From Octopus sinensis (lineage: Eukaryota): 64,000 nucleotides of DNA. The stretch is from positions 93,496,001 to 93,560,000 of the forward strand of contig NC_043001.1 in assembly GCF_006345805.1 (NCBI RefSeq). The letters run 5' to 3'. A program made the position numbers and the translations under genes. Below the pieces are notes generated by a model, which worked only from the letters and a program-made list of their open reading frames with translations, had not been told where the DNA came from and searched no databases. Below, one piece after another: positions 27,003-41,289 of this stretch; position 1 is the first letter of the stretch; every line of letters begins with the position of its first letter.

Positions 27003-27389
27003 TATTATATATATGTGTGTGTGGTGTGTGCATATATGTATGTGTGTGTGTCTGTGGTAGTCTTACTTTTACGGATTTCAGTTATTGGACGAACTCCTTC
27101 AGCTTGAAGGAGTTCGTCAAACAAAATGCTAATCTCGATAAAGAGCCTGATAACAATTCTATCGGGATCGGAAACGACTTGCCGAACTAGTATGTAACAG
27201 GAATAGCTTCATATGGATAAGAGATTATGTGTTTTTATGTCATGCTTACACTCAGGTGAAACTACATTGGTCTGAAACGAATTCTAGCAATAATTCAAAA
27301 CACATAGCCCACGATTGAGCAGTTGTGGAAAACCGCACAAAATTCATTCGGAGTGTGTGAATACAAAACTCTCATAAGCTGCTATGTAT

Positions 27390-27533
27390 TTTCTCTTACT
27401 TGCTTCATTCATTTGACTGTGGCCATGCTGGAGTACCGCCTTTAGTCGAGCAAATCGACCCCAGGGCATATTCTTTGTAAGCCTAGTACTTATTCTATCG
27501 GTCTCTTTAACTGAACCGCTATGTTTCGGGGAT
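27390..27533 (-). mobile_element. SINE family B, 3' fragment
   Basis: Reverse complement of the family B tail. Confidence 0.8.
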
Positions 27534-28483
27534 GTGGTGTAGCGGGTTGTACTAGCGCTCTGGATTTAGCTGCGACTCAATTTCACGAGAGAAAACGGAA
27601 GCAAAATGCGATGAATGTTTTTTGCTCATGAACAGGAATTGAACCCAAGACTTTATGAATGTGAAGCGGATACGATAAATTCTAGACAACACGAAAAATA
27701 AAACATGTATGTATGTGTAGATATACGAACAAATTATCCATGTGCTATTTATTTTGATCCATACATTATTCATTAGGGACTGACCTACATTTCAAATATA
27801 TTAAAAATGCTTTTCGGAAACACTTGGCCACAGTTGTATAAATCAAAATAACTTGCAAAATTATAATTTGTATTTCTTGAAAATAATTAATACATTTCGG
27901 TTCGTAGGAAAAAGAAACATCTAACCTTGCTGTCAGATAATCATTAAAAACGATATTTTATAAAGTTTTAGAAGGGAAAACAAACAAATATGAATTCCAT
28001 TTAATTATTTCCACTTTTTTTTTCTATCCTTTCTTTCACTCAAATTACACACTCATATCATGTGCCTTAACGAAATTTTACGAATCACACGATCAAAAAT
28101 AGACACTTTCTACACAATAAAAACGCATCCATCCATCCATGCATCCCTCTCTCCTTCCCTCTCGCGTTCCATAACAGATGTATTTACACACACACATACA
28201 AGCACACACACTTATACATAATTAAATACATATTGGCTTACAGAAGTCTTTGCTAACCAAGTCGCTAGTATACGTACATAAATACTTGTATATTCCATTG
28301 CTATATGGCATTTAATTTATCCACTCTTGCTCTGTGTAACTATTTCTACGAGTATCACCATGCAAAGAATTCCCAATATCGAAGTTAATTATCAAAAATT
28401 ACCTATGTTCCACAGGTACTGATAATATCCTCCCAGGAACCTTGGATAAAGTTAAGATATACAACCATAAACTGTCAATACCT

Positions 28484-28974
28484 ATTTCGTTACTACCCAG
28501 AAGGGGCTAAACACAGAGAGGACAAACAAGTACAGACAAACGGATTAAGTTGATTACATCGACTCCAGTGCGTCGACTCCAGTGCGTAACTGGTATTTAA
28601 TTTATCGACCCCGAAAGGATGAAAGGCAAAGTCGACCTCGGCGGAATTTGAACTCAAAATGCAGCGGCGGATGAAACACCACAAAGCATTTCGCCCGGCG
28701 TGCTAACGTTTCTGCCAGCTCGCCGCCTGTAAACTGACAATACCTATTTCTTTACTACCCACAAGGGGCTACACACAGAGGGGACAAACAAGAACATACA
28801 AATGGATTAAGTCGATTATATCGACCCCAGTGCGTAACTGGTACTTAATTTATCGACCACGAAAAGATGAAAGGTAAAGTCGACCTCGGCGGAATTTGAA
28901 CTCAGAATGTAGCGGCGGACGAACTACCACAAAGCATTACGCTCGGCGTAACGTTTCTGCCAGCTCGCCGCCTG
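28484..28974 (-). mobile_element. SINE family A dimer delimited by three copies of a 16-bp flank
   Basis: TAAACTG(T/A)CAATACCT at 28468-28483, 28730-28745 and 28975-28990. Confidence 0.85.
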
Positions 28975-29146
28975 TAAACTGTCAATACCTTTGATAAAAG
29001 CAGCAATATAAGATAAATTCATTTCTATGTCTTTTATAAATGCGCAATCTAAAGATAATTTTATTAATACAGCAAACATTATAGGTTATGAGAAAGCTGA
29101 AACAGTGAAGCGGTTTCGATTCTCTGTAGGAATCCGATATACTCAC

Positions 29147-29337
29147 TTGCAAAGAAATGAGCCTCTACTTATACTTTTCCCTTTTTTCATGAATTCTACA
29201 ACTTGAGTGCCTAATAGAAATAATCTATTATTGTCATATAATGGCGAAATAATAGGCAGAGTAGGATAAGATGAACGAGGAACGGGAAATAATCCTGATT
29301 CCATTTCAATTTGTATGCATTCGGTATTTTTCATCGA
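29147..29337 (-). CDS. Candidate internal exon (SMKNTECIQIEMESG...SRGSFLC)
   Basis: Donor CAA|gtgagt and an open frame. The acceptor at 29338 is weak; a stronger alternative acceptor at 29211 gives a 64-nt exon. Confidence 0.3.
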
Positions 29338-30002
29338 CTATATCAACATCATCCTAATGAACTTGTTACACATCATTATAGATTGAAAAATGCTAGACTA
29401 GCAAGAATGGCTTTAGAACCTTTCAGAATTTCGTCACATTCACTTAAGTTCTGATTTACAAATCCTTTTGCGGTCGATAAAATTGATAAAATAAAATATC
29501 TGTCAATTTACTGGATCAATATAATCGACCCTTTCCTGCATAAGAAAAAAAAAGAGAGAATCGGTGAGTTTAAACCTGTGTTAAAAGTATTCATTACTAC
29601 CATCAGCAAGAAGTGAAAATCTGACACACCACGTTTATGTCATGGCTTCCTTCACTAGGAAACATCATTCATCTAAATTCGATAATACTTTGCAGCACAT
29701 TTTTCTAATTTTGCTTCCATAAAATGCGTCATCATTCCTAAACATGTAAGAAATATCAATCCATTATGAAAGCGAAACAGCTATTGAGCTATATAAACAT
29801 GCACTCCTATAAATTACCACATCCGACACTAAACTGTAAATCCTAATTTTCTTATATTTGAAAAAGCAAGCCCTTCATAAAATTTTCAATAGACCTATCA
29901 CACTGAGTTGAAATCTTGGAATGCAGTAATGCCAAATTGGCAACTGACTATAGCTGGCAACGATTCTTGTTGCTCACCTATCTTTTGCCTCCGGACACTT
30001 AC

Positions 30003-30185
30003 CATCTTTCTCTCAATTCGTAATATGTTGGCGCATCTTATTAGTTCCAATTTTCCACTTTCAAAAGACAGTTGTGAATGAAAAAGAATTAGCTTGTTAA
30101 CAACGTCTGCTAAAGAATCTTTGCGTAGACCCCCCAGGGCAATTCCAATTCCCCACCACATCTTATTCTCTAATCTCTGTGAATT
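30003..30185 (-). CDS. Candidate symmetric phase-0 exon, 61 aa (NSQRLENKMWWGIG...ILRIERKM)
   Basis: Consensus donor ATG|gtaagt. The frame opens at the acceptor TAG, is 183 nt long and is non-repetitive. Confidence 0.4.
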
Positions 30186-30419
30186 CTACCTCAATGAACA
30201 AACAGTTAATTATGTATTTATAGGTGCACTTTCTTTATCTGAGCGACACATGTATCTGAGTACTTATACGTATTGATAATTAAATGTTAGGTTTATAAAT
30301 GGATGTATGGACGTGTGTTTTCTTGCCCAAATAGGAACGTGAATGCGTTTCTGGATATATTTATAATCTTGCACAAATCAATACTGTAGCATATTTCAGA
30401 ATACTGCTTATACACAAAG

Positions 30420-30519
30420 ATGTCTATCTATCTGTCTGTCTGTCTCTCTGTATGTCTGTGTGTCTGTCTGTCTATCTATCTATATATCTATCTATCTGCC
30501 TGCCTGCCTACATACCTAC

Positions 30520-30554
<35 letters not shown>

Positions 30555-30556
30555 CA

Positions 30557-30619
<63 letters not shown>

Positions 30620-30670
30620 TTATATATATATAAATATATATAAATATATACATATATATACATTCATACA
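30420..30670. repeat. Compound (TCTG)n/(TATC)n/(TA)n microsatellite
   Basis: Directly visible. Confidence 0.95.
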
Positions 30671-31119
30671 TGCTTATTGCGATCAAAACAAATTAGAAAG
30701 TCGAGAATAATCAATACACAGATAATAAAGGTAAATTAAACAGCTACCATATTATAAATTATGTTCTCATCACTATAGCAAGTTTCTATCTTTAATTTCA
30801 GAGCTCCTCTCTGACATCATTATTACTTCGATTCTGAAGGTGAATCTCTTTCAGGCATACTCAGTTTACACAGAATGAAAACATTGAATTTTCTTGAAAT
30901 TCCTGCTGGTTTCGGAGGGTTCTGGTTTGAATAAAATGATGCAGAAATGGTAATACTATGTCATGTTTCACTTCAACATCTAAGAAATGCTTGGATGTGT
31001 AAATCTAATTTCATATATAACTTCCTCTGAAACCAGTATCCATGTGCTACAATAATGTGTGTATATGTGTATTAGAGAGAGAGTGTGTGTACATATATAC
31101 ATATATTTATACATACATA

Positions 31120-31201
<82 letters not shown>

Positions 31202-31269
31202 TTTTAATGTACGTAACTTTCATATAAATGTTATTTCGTTTATGCAAGAAACACACACATACATACACG

Positions 31270-31540
31270 CATATATTTTAATCTCCGAAAATTGCCGACT
31301 TCATTGGGTCCTTTTCACAAGGAAAAATTCTTGCTACAACTTTTGGCTAATGTCATCCGACAATAAATCAAAATTCCATAAATATTACCTGTAATTATGT
31401 ATTGACTCGAATGGGAAAATGTGTCGCCCAAGAAGGGCTTCAGTTTGAACAATTTTCCTGATGTTTCATATTTAGATGCTTTTATTATATTCATTCAGTT
31501 TTTAAACATAAATAAATCACGTGACTTTTGGCCAACCCTG
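31270..31540 (+). mobile_element. Tc1/mariner-type transposon 3' end (decayed)
   Basis: C-terminal remnant TRMGKCVAQEGLQFEQFS* followed by a TIR-like end gtgacttttggccaaccctg. No matching left end was seen. Confidence 0.6.
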
Positions 31541-31980
31541 CATATATATATACATATATATATATATACTTCTCAGAATACTAATTATTTCTAATTTAGG
31601 TAGAAGTCTAGGGATACTGATGGGAGGGATTAGTGGCAGTTAGTGTGTCCCGTACTTGAATGTTACTTTATTTTATCGATTCTGAGAGCATGAAAGGTAA
31701 GGTTGGCGTTGATGGAGTTTGAACTCAGAACGTAGAAGACCGGCATAAATTTTGCAAAGCATTTATTTGGATTGTGTAATTAATTTGTTAGCTCGCCGCC
31801 ATCATATTTGTATATTTATAATTAACAACAAGAACAATAATACGCACAGACACGCACGCACAAACTCGCATTCCTTTTGCATATAATTACATTGAAAAAC
31901 GTAGGCACAGGTAAGCAAAAATTATAAATAGGACGCGTGCGACATTTGGAGTCCTTGTTTGCCATTAAGATGTGACTTAC

Positions 31981-32117
31981 CTCCTAAAAGACAGTGTCAG
32001 CGGCGATGTATGTAAATATGAAGGGACTTTCGGTCACCTGTAGGCGTGTGCCATGCTCCAATGATGCATGTTAATTGTAGAGTTTGGCGCGGAAGTAGAC
32101 GCGGGAGAGCCACTTAC
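31981..32117 (-). other. 137-nt exon-like segment with stops in all frames, starting with a regenerated 5' splice site (candidate RS-exon, or a non-coding exon)
   Basis: (T)13-gtttgtag|GTAAGTG at 32138-32111 and downstream donor GAG|gtaagtc at 31981/31980. Confidence 0.4.
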
Positions 32118-32250
32118 CTACAAACAAAAAAAAAAAAACACTTTAAATTTTAAAATTTCATACTTTTCCGAAGAATAATGGTGATGTATATTTTAAATGA
32201 AAAAGATGAATTAAGTACGTAACACAGCGTGTACAATTGACAATATGTAT

Positions 32251-32569
32251 TAAAAGACTCCGCCGGTTACGACGACGAGGGTCCCAGTTGATACGATCAA
32301 CGGAACAGCTTGCTCGTGAAATTAACGTGCTGAGCATTCCACAGACACGTGTACCCTTAACGTAGTTCTCGGGGATAATCAGCGTGACACAGAGAGTGAC
32401 AAGGCTGACCCTTTCAAATACAAGTACAACTCATTTTTGCCAGCTGAGTGGACTGGAGCAACGTGAAATAAAGTGTCTTGCTCAAAGACACAACGCGTCG
32501 CCGGGAATCGAACTCACAACCTTACGATCATGAGCCGAATGCCCTAACCACTAAGCCACGCGCCCTCAC
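32251..32569 (-). mobile_element. SINE family C variant with 13-bp target-site duplication
   Basis: TGACAATATGTAT at 32238-32250 and 32570-32582. The family C head carries a different 3' half. Confidence 0.9.
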
Positions 32570-33501
32570 TGACAATATGTATAACATAACTGGGTTGTTT
32601 AGAAAAATAAATTTTGGTGGTGTTGGATATAAGACCTCTTTATAATTATGAATATTTAGTGATTGTTAGTTCAATAGTTCTATTTTTATAATTGGGGCCT
32701 TGCACTACCAGAAAAATAACAACAGCTCTATGAGACTGAATAACAACAGCTCTATGAGACTGAATTATGAGCTGTGTTTTGTTTCATGTTTGCATTTTTC
32801 TATTGTACAATACGTAACTGAGCTACAGCACTGCGAACTTCTGTAAACCGTAAAGCTTTCCTTTCATAGCTAGAGTACTGATGTGTCTTTATGTAATCCG
32901 TTACGACTCTGTAATCATTACGAAGACATGAAGAGTGGATACGGGTGGCACAGTGTTAAGATACGATACAAAAACGTAGAAAAAGAAATACAAGTAGAAT
33001 AATCTCCCGAAGAATTTAAGATTAGCACACCTTCCAGAGCCATGGAGGTCAGAATGTAAAAACTGTAACCATGACGTTATGAACTTTCTAAGCGAAGTCA
33101 GGAAAATGACAATGAGTCAGTGTTGCGTTGTTAAGAATTCAATGTAAAGTAGAGAACACTGAAAGGGTAAGACATCGGGTGCAAGCCATATCAACTCTCT
33201 ATTGACACTTGTTCTTGAGCTGTGAATAGATGACTTACAGACCCCTCAGGGATTTGGGTATTGAGAAGGACATTGAGCAGTTATGTGGGTTAACCCTAGC
33301 CTGGCATGCAAATAGCTCCTATCTAGTGTGTATATGGCTGAGTAGGGCAAAACTTTTCACATTTATATGCAATTTTTAGAACGGTGACTTACATCACCGT
33401 AACTTAGCGGTTCAGCAGAAATGGTGATAGAACAAGCAACAGGCTTTGAATAAATGTGTTTTGGTATCAACTCGATCGACTAAAATTTTCAAGGGCCCAA
33501 G

Positions 33502-33536
33502 AGAAACTTAAAGAAGCCCGTCGTATATACGTATAT

Positions 33537-33591
<55 letters not shown>

Positions 33592-33815
33592 GTGTGTGGT
33601 GTGTGTATGTTTCTTGTCTGTGTTTGTCCCCCAACATCGCTTGACAACCGATGCTGGTGTGTTTACCTCCCCGTAACTTAGCGGTTCGGCTCCGAGACCG
33701 TTAGAATAAGAACTAGGCTTACAAAGAATAAGTCATGGGGTCGATTTCTTCGACTAAAAGGCGGCGCTCCAGCATGGCCACAGTCAAATGACTGAAACAA
33801 GTAAAAGAGTAAAAA
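33502..33815 (+). mobile_element. SINE family B (5'-truncated)
   Basis: Matches 5970-6274. A further decayed piece lies at about 33392-33500. Confidence 0.85.
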
Positions 33816-33818
33816 GAG

Positions 33819-33870
<52 letters not shown>

Positions 33871-34139
33871 CATACATACACACATTTATGTATATACACA
33901 CGCACGCACAAATACACATGAATGTTGTATATTTCCATTATCCATGTACTACTTTAAGTTTAACTAATATACTAATTTTAACACCTCTTTTTTACGTTCC
34001 GTATAGATAATAAATAATAAACTCGATCTCGATGGAGCTAACTTTGCATTTCATCAATTGGGGAGCAATAAAATAAAATGCCAGCAGCATAATATTGACT
34101 AACCACATTTCCTCAAAATTACTGGCCGTCTGCCTAAAT

Positions 34140-34290
34140 CAGTGACTATTATTGTTATATGTTTGGATTATTATGTTTGGAGACCTCAAGAGACAAATTA
34201 GAAGTTCAAGTCGGTATGATGACTGGGGTGGTTGATAACTGCCATGTTTTGGGATTTGTGCAAAGTATGGTTCTAGAGATAATCTGCCAA
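34140..34290 (-). mobile_element. Decayed fragment resembling the RLE-LINE 3' UTR
   Basis: Its reverse complement is weakly similar to 37180-37250. Confidence 0.3.
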
Positions 34291-34322
34291 TCATCATCAT
34301 CATCATCAGTATTACTACCACG

Positions 34323-34385
<63 letters not shown>

Positions 34386-34477
34386 GCTACTGCTACTGCT
34401 GCTGCTGCTGCTGCTGGTACTATTGTTACTGTCGTTTGATAGGGTTTTAATGTATGTTTTTATAGAGTATTTTTTTT

Positions 34478-35040
<563 letters not shown>

Positions 35041-35058
35041 TATAATAACTCATTTTTA

Positions 35059-35290
35059 GGGCGGCGAACTGGCAGAAACGTTAGCACGCCGGCCGAAATG
35101 CGTAGCCGTATTTCGTCTGCCGTACGTTCTGAGTTCAAATTCCGCCGAGGTCGACTTTGCCTTTCATCCTTTCGGTGTCGATAAATTAAGTACCAGTTGC
35201 GCACTTGGTTCGATGTAATCGACTTAATCCGTTTGTCTGTCCTTGTTTGTCCCCTCTGTGTTTGGCCCCTTTGTGGGTAATAAAGAAACA
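35059..35290 (+). mobile_element. SINE family A, full length
   Basis: Head GGCGGCGAACTGGCAGAAACGTTAG, B-box GAGTTCAAATTCC, core and tail. Confidence 0.9.
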
Positions 35291-36059
35291 TAATAACACA
35301 TTTTACATAAGACGTGAACTCCTCGGTTTAATCATCACGTAACATATAAATGCTATCTAATTCGTGGTAAAATTAAAGGTCAGCTGAAATTTAGTAATAC
35401 TCGAACTGAAGTAAGTTGAAAACAGAAAAGTGATACTTTCCCTATCTCTTAATATTTCCCAGTGATACATTAAAACAGTTCATATAGTAATTAATAAGAA
35501 TCATATCTCCAATCGATTGTCCCTTGTAAAAAAAAGAAATTAAATGTCAGCAGAAACTGGTGCCGTACAGACAATGTGAAACAGTCATAAAATATGCAAA
35601 TATTGCAACATGTAAGAAATGTAAAACCTACAAAATCCTAATAAAAACAAGTCTCGCTTTTAATTCGTGGGGTGCTCCGTCACTCTCGACGATGTGCATT
35701 CATCTGTTTAATGTACTGATTTCCTCTTCATGAAATTATGTGGAAACATGAAACAAAGTAAGTGAGATGGAGCTTTGAATTGTGGAAATACAATTCAGTT
35801 ACAAAAGGGACAGTGAAAGAGGAAGAAATTGTCAGGGAGAGATAGAAAGAGAGGTTGGGAGGGGATGTTTGAGACAGAGAGGAAAGAAGAGAAAGGTCTT
35901 CAGTACAAAACTAGTATTTTATAAATCGACTTCGAAAAAATGAAACGGGAAATTGTTCCCCGTCAGATTTTGATCTCAGTCTGTCAAAACCCTAAACCAC
36001 AACAAGAACAACAACAACAAGAACAGCAACAATATATATATATATATATATAGATTAGA

Positions 36060-36251
36060 CTACGAGACGTATGATAGACCGTTAGCCACTACACGCATTT
36101 TTTCTCTCCTTGTTTTTTCTGTGTCCCTTTCTGTAGAAGAGCGTGGGCTCGAAACGTAAAATACTTTTTCTATTCCTGAGCGTTATACTAATACCTCTGT
36201 TTGTTTTGTACACCACCTGTCTTCGTCTTTTGTTTTTTCGTAAACTCACCC

Positions 36252-36255
<4 letters not shown>
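36060..36255 (+). mobile_element. Penelope-like short repeat carrying a hammerhead motif (copy 3)
   Basis: Homologous to copies 1 and 2. Confidence 0.6.
36127..36162 (+). ncRNA. Minimal hammerhead motif, A6U variant
   Basis: CTTT-CTGTAGA-A-GAG-cgtggg-CTC-GAAA-CG-TA-AAAT. Stem I has 3 bp and the cleavage triplet is GUA. Confidence 0.5.
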
Positions 36256-36287
<32 letters not shown>

Positions 36288-36495
36288 AACATACACACAA
36301 ATGCACACGCACACACACATATACATAGTGGCATTTCATCAATCTACACCTTCCGTTTCCAAGTCCCACCAAAGTCGTCTTTCCCGTTCATCCTTTTGAG
36401 GGCGATCAAATAAGTAGTAGTTGAGAACTGAGGTCTTTTTAATCGACCTACCTCTCTCCTGAAATCGTTGGCTTTGTGCCAAAATTTGAAACTGC

Positions 36496-37290
<795 letters not shown>

Positions 37291-37299
37291 TCAAACATA

Positions 37300-37374
<75 letters not shown>

Positions 37375-37376
<2 letters not shown>

Positions 37377-37725
37377 GAGTAATAGAAGATAGAAAGTCTG
37401 ATTTGGTAGTAGATAGAGTAGTGAAAGCCAGATAATTGACTTCACGGTCCCAAACAATGAAACAATTAATTTGAGAAGTTGAGTAAAAATAGCAACGTAC
37501 CAAGATCTGCTATTGAATTAGAGAGACTATGAAACGTACGGGTAAAATGTATCCCAGTAGTTACAGGTGTATTGGAAACTATCCTTAAAAATCTGAAATG
37601 ATGGATAGAGGAAATACGCATCAAACCCAGTTTAATACAGCTGCAGAAAAAAAACAATATTATTTGGGACTGCTAGGATACTTAGGAGGGTTCTTGGCAT
37701 CTAGGGTTACTTGCTGTAACCAAAT
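37375..37725 (+). mobile_element. Second, more decayed RLE-LINE C-terminal fragment (different subfamily)
   Basis: Remnants KSDLVV..IIDFTVP..YQDL..IPVVTG..QLQK..GTARILRRVLGI*. Flanked by (TAA)n. Confidence 0.8.
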
Positions 37726-37812
37726 AGGAGGGTTCTTTGGATCCGAGTCTACTTTTTGTAGCCTGAAGTTAGGATTCTTTTTTTTCCAGTATTCTAATCT
37801 TTTAAGTGTATA

Positions 37813-37882
<70 letters not shown>

Positions 37883-38301
37883 TAATAATAATAATAATAT
37901 TACTAAAATCTACAACAATATCATACTTATGAGTAATATTTCCTTAAATCTATTGATCTGTTACATAATATAACTGCAGCAGTCTATACTAAAAACAGTC
38001 AGTGAAACTTCAAAAAGGAATTTCTGTAAACCGAAAGAAAATACAAGCTCATAAACATGTCGGAATTGAATTATTGGTATATTATTGCTGTCATCACACA
38101 GCTCCGCAAATAGAAGTCAAGATGGTGGCCAAAATAAATTATAAGTAACGATGCGTATGTGGAAGGTAATATATAAGATCATAGTTAAAATTTTGTTGTT
38201 ATTCAGACACTTTGTCATTAGTCTAAAAACAAAAAAGTAATGAATATATATGTGTGTGCATGGACGTGAGTACATGCCTATATACTTATATACACACAGG
38301 C

Positions 38302-38382
<81 letters not shown>

Positions 38383-38471
38383 CATTTCTAACCTTTAGTA
38401 CATATGTACTTAATATACATTCTCACCCAAACCCCACCACATATATTAGTATACATATATTGTATTTATGT

Positions 38472-38719
38472 GGAGGCGCGTGGCTTAGTGGTTAGGGTGT
38501 CAGCACCTTGATGGTAAGATTGTGGTTTCGATTCCTGGACCGGGCGACGCGTTGTGTACTTGAGCAAAACACTTAATTTCACGTTGCTCTAGTCCACTCA
38601 GCTGGCAAAATGAGCAACGTTGCGATGGAGTAGCGTCCCGTCCAGCTGGGGAACACATACGCCATAGAAACCGAGAAACCGGGTCCATGAGTGTGGCTAG
38701 GCTTTAAAAGGGCCCATTT
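38472..38719 (+). mobile_element. SINE family C, full length
   Basis: Reverse complement of 26720-26968. Confidence 0.9.
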
Positions 38720-39474
38720 CTTCTTCTTTCTATATGTATTTATACATTTCTTTCTGTCTATATGCGTGTGCAAATGATTTGCAGTGTCTTCGTTCGAAGT
38801 CTTTCTTGTGCCTATATTTTCGATGAGTAGATGTATATTTAGTGCTGCGAAATATTTTCAATTTATCAAATTCGAACGAAGGATTTTCAATACTTTTGGC
38901 TTACGTGGAAATCAAGGAATATTTAAAGCTAAGGATCTTTGCATACTGAAGTAATCCGCTTAAGACCATTTTGTTTGAATCGTTGCACTTTTCTTTTCGG
39001 ATATAAGTAAAATTTTGCCCTTACACAGCTTGCAAAACGAAAAAATGGCATAAAGATGTTTCACCAGACGAATGTTTTTGACAAAGAAAATTGAAAAACA
39101 AAAACTAATTTGCTGATATACAAGAAAGAGAAAAAAATTGACAAAGAGTCAAAAATCCACAATATTTGTAAAATCATGAACACAAACGATTTACCGAGAC
39201 AAAAACACTAACACTTCATCTGTTAACGGTGGGAGAGGAATGAAAAAATTAAGCATAATTTACCTATCAGCTAGAAGGGTAGGTGCCACAGGAGTCTGGT
39301 GTAGTGAACAAAGGTGTTATGCTCACGGAAACCGAGAGTCAGGACGGGAACATAAAGTCTTATACACAATAAACACAAATATATAAATCTATCATGAAAG
39401 AGAGTGGTATATATGGGTATTGTACCAAAAATTACAGCGCATTATTTAAAGTGACAAGGGTCAAGGTGAAAATA

Positions 39475-39853
39475 TTCTTTTCTACTCTAGGCACAAGGCC
39501 AGAAATTTTTGAAGAGGGTAGAAGTCGATTAGATCGACCCCAGTTCGCAACTGGTGCTTAATAATTTATCGACACCAAAAGGATGAAAGGAAAAGTCCAC
39601 CTAGGCGGAATTTGAACTTAGGACGTAAAGACAGACAAAATACCTATCTCTTTATTACCCACAAGGGGTTAAACATAGAAGGGACAAACAAGGACAGACA
39701 AAGGTATTAAGTCGATTATATCGACCCCAGTGCGGAACTGGTACTTAATTTATCGACCCCGAAAGGATGAAAGGCAAAGTCGACCTCGGCGGATTTTGAA
39801 CTCAGAACGTTCAGCTAAGCATTTCGCCCGGCGTGCTAACGTTTCTACCAACC
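39475..39853 (-). mobile_element. SINE family A, two tandem units
   Basis: Reverse-complement match to units 2-3 of 488-1075. Confidence 0.85.
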
Positions 39854-40159
39854 TAAAACCACAAACCGTTGGAAGATGTTTGATGCAGAAGAGAAAACCA
39901 TGTGGTTGGGAGACCTTTTGCTAAACACGTGGCAGAATAGACCTCTTGAGTCTTGTCTTCCCACTGCCGCAGGAGAAACAGCACGAAAGAAAACAGTATA
40001 AAGATTTCGAATTGCGCGATCAAAAACAGGGTATACAACATTTAGTTAGTACATTATCGTTTCCTTATATTTGATAATCACTTCTTCTTCTTCATCTTCT
40101 TCTTCTTCTTCTTCTTCTTCTTCTTCTTCTTCTTCTTCTTCTTCTTCTTCTTCTTCTTC

Positions 40160-40410
40160 TTCTATCGGTCTCCAATTCTATCGGTCTCTTTTGTCGAACC
40201 GTAAAATTACGGGGACATAAACACACCAGCATCGGTTGTCAAGCGATGCTGCGACGATAAATATAGATACGCAAACATACATACACACACACACACACAC
40301 ATACACACACACATACACACACACATATATATATATATACATATATACGGCGGGCTTCTTTCAGTTTCCGTCTACCAAATCCCCTCACAAGGATTTGGTC
40401 GGCCCTTTAA
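40160..40410 (-). mobile_element. SINE family B, partial, next to a (CTT)n array (40080-40160)
   Basis: Matches 34580-34930. Confidence 0.8.
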
Positions 40411-41289
40411 CTGTTTCTTAAAGACAATTTCAAAAGCGAAGATAGCAATAATAGCCACTTGAAATCGGCCTCTACATTTAAATTTCATCTACAAGCTAAT
40501 GGGGAAATATGGGCATGGCCATTGTGGAGAATCATTGCATGAAATCAATAGTATCCTTTTTAATCTTCAAATAAATTTTATACATACATGTATGTATGTA
40601 TGTATGTATGTATGTATGTATGTATGGTTGCATCTATGTATGGACGGATGGACATGCGTATGTGTAGGTGAGTGTGCATGTGTGTGTATGCATGGATTAC
40701 TACGAATAGCTGCATGAGGTTGTTTGAAGTCGCATGCAAAAGGTTAGATCAGTAAATAGGTTCAATGGCGGTCAACTCAAATATTCGCTTATAGTAGGAG
40801 GGAGGGCAATGGTAAGAAATCGCCGGCATCAAACTAATACATTGATATTAAGTATGTGCATTAAAATGTCGTGGTCGTGGGAGGAATTTAATAATAGCAC
40901 GGGAACAGTGATAGAAAAAAGTGTTAATATAAGACAAGGAGGAAGTAGTTGAAAAAGTTTGAGAAAAACTGGTCTAATTGAATCAGAATTGATATGAGGC
41001 AGCATCATCATGATCAGGATCATCATCATCATCGCTACCAACAAGAGCAACAAAATTAGCATCAGAGAAAGGAATAACAGTGGAATGGAGCATAGCACTC
41101 ATTTCAATTGTTGCGATTGATGTAAAATCAAATTAGGTAATATATAATGTATTATATTAGAATAATAGGCAATGTATGAAGGTGTAAGCCTCACGTAAGG
41201 AAAGTGGAGTGAAAAAGTCAAGTTAAAGACGTGGTGTTAGAATAGAGCACGTTAGAAAAATTAACTGTGACATGTATGGAATATGATTA

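Noticed and set aside
27143-27182. Hammerhead-like CTGATAA...GAAACGAC
   Set aside because: G8 and the GUH triplet are absent, and stems I and II are unconvincing.
32715-32765. 24-bp direct tandem duplication (AATAACAACAGCTCTATGAGACTG x2)
   Set aside because: It is an ordinary slippage duplication with no further structure.
33240-33340. Minus-strand segment with a good acceptor and a gtaagt donor
   Set aside because: All frames are closed from the strong acceptor, and its phase does not fit the neighbouring candidates.
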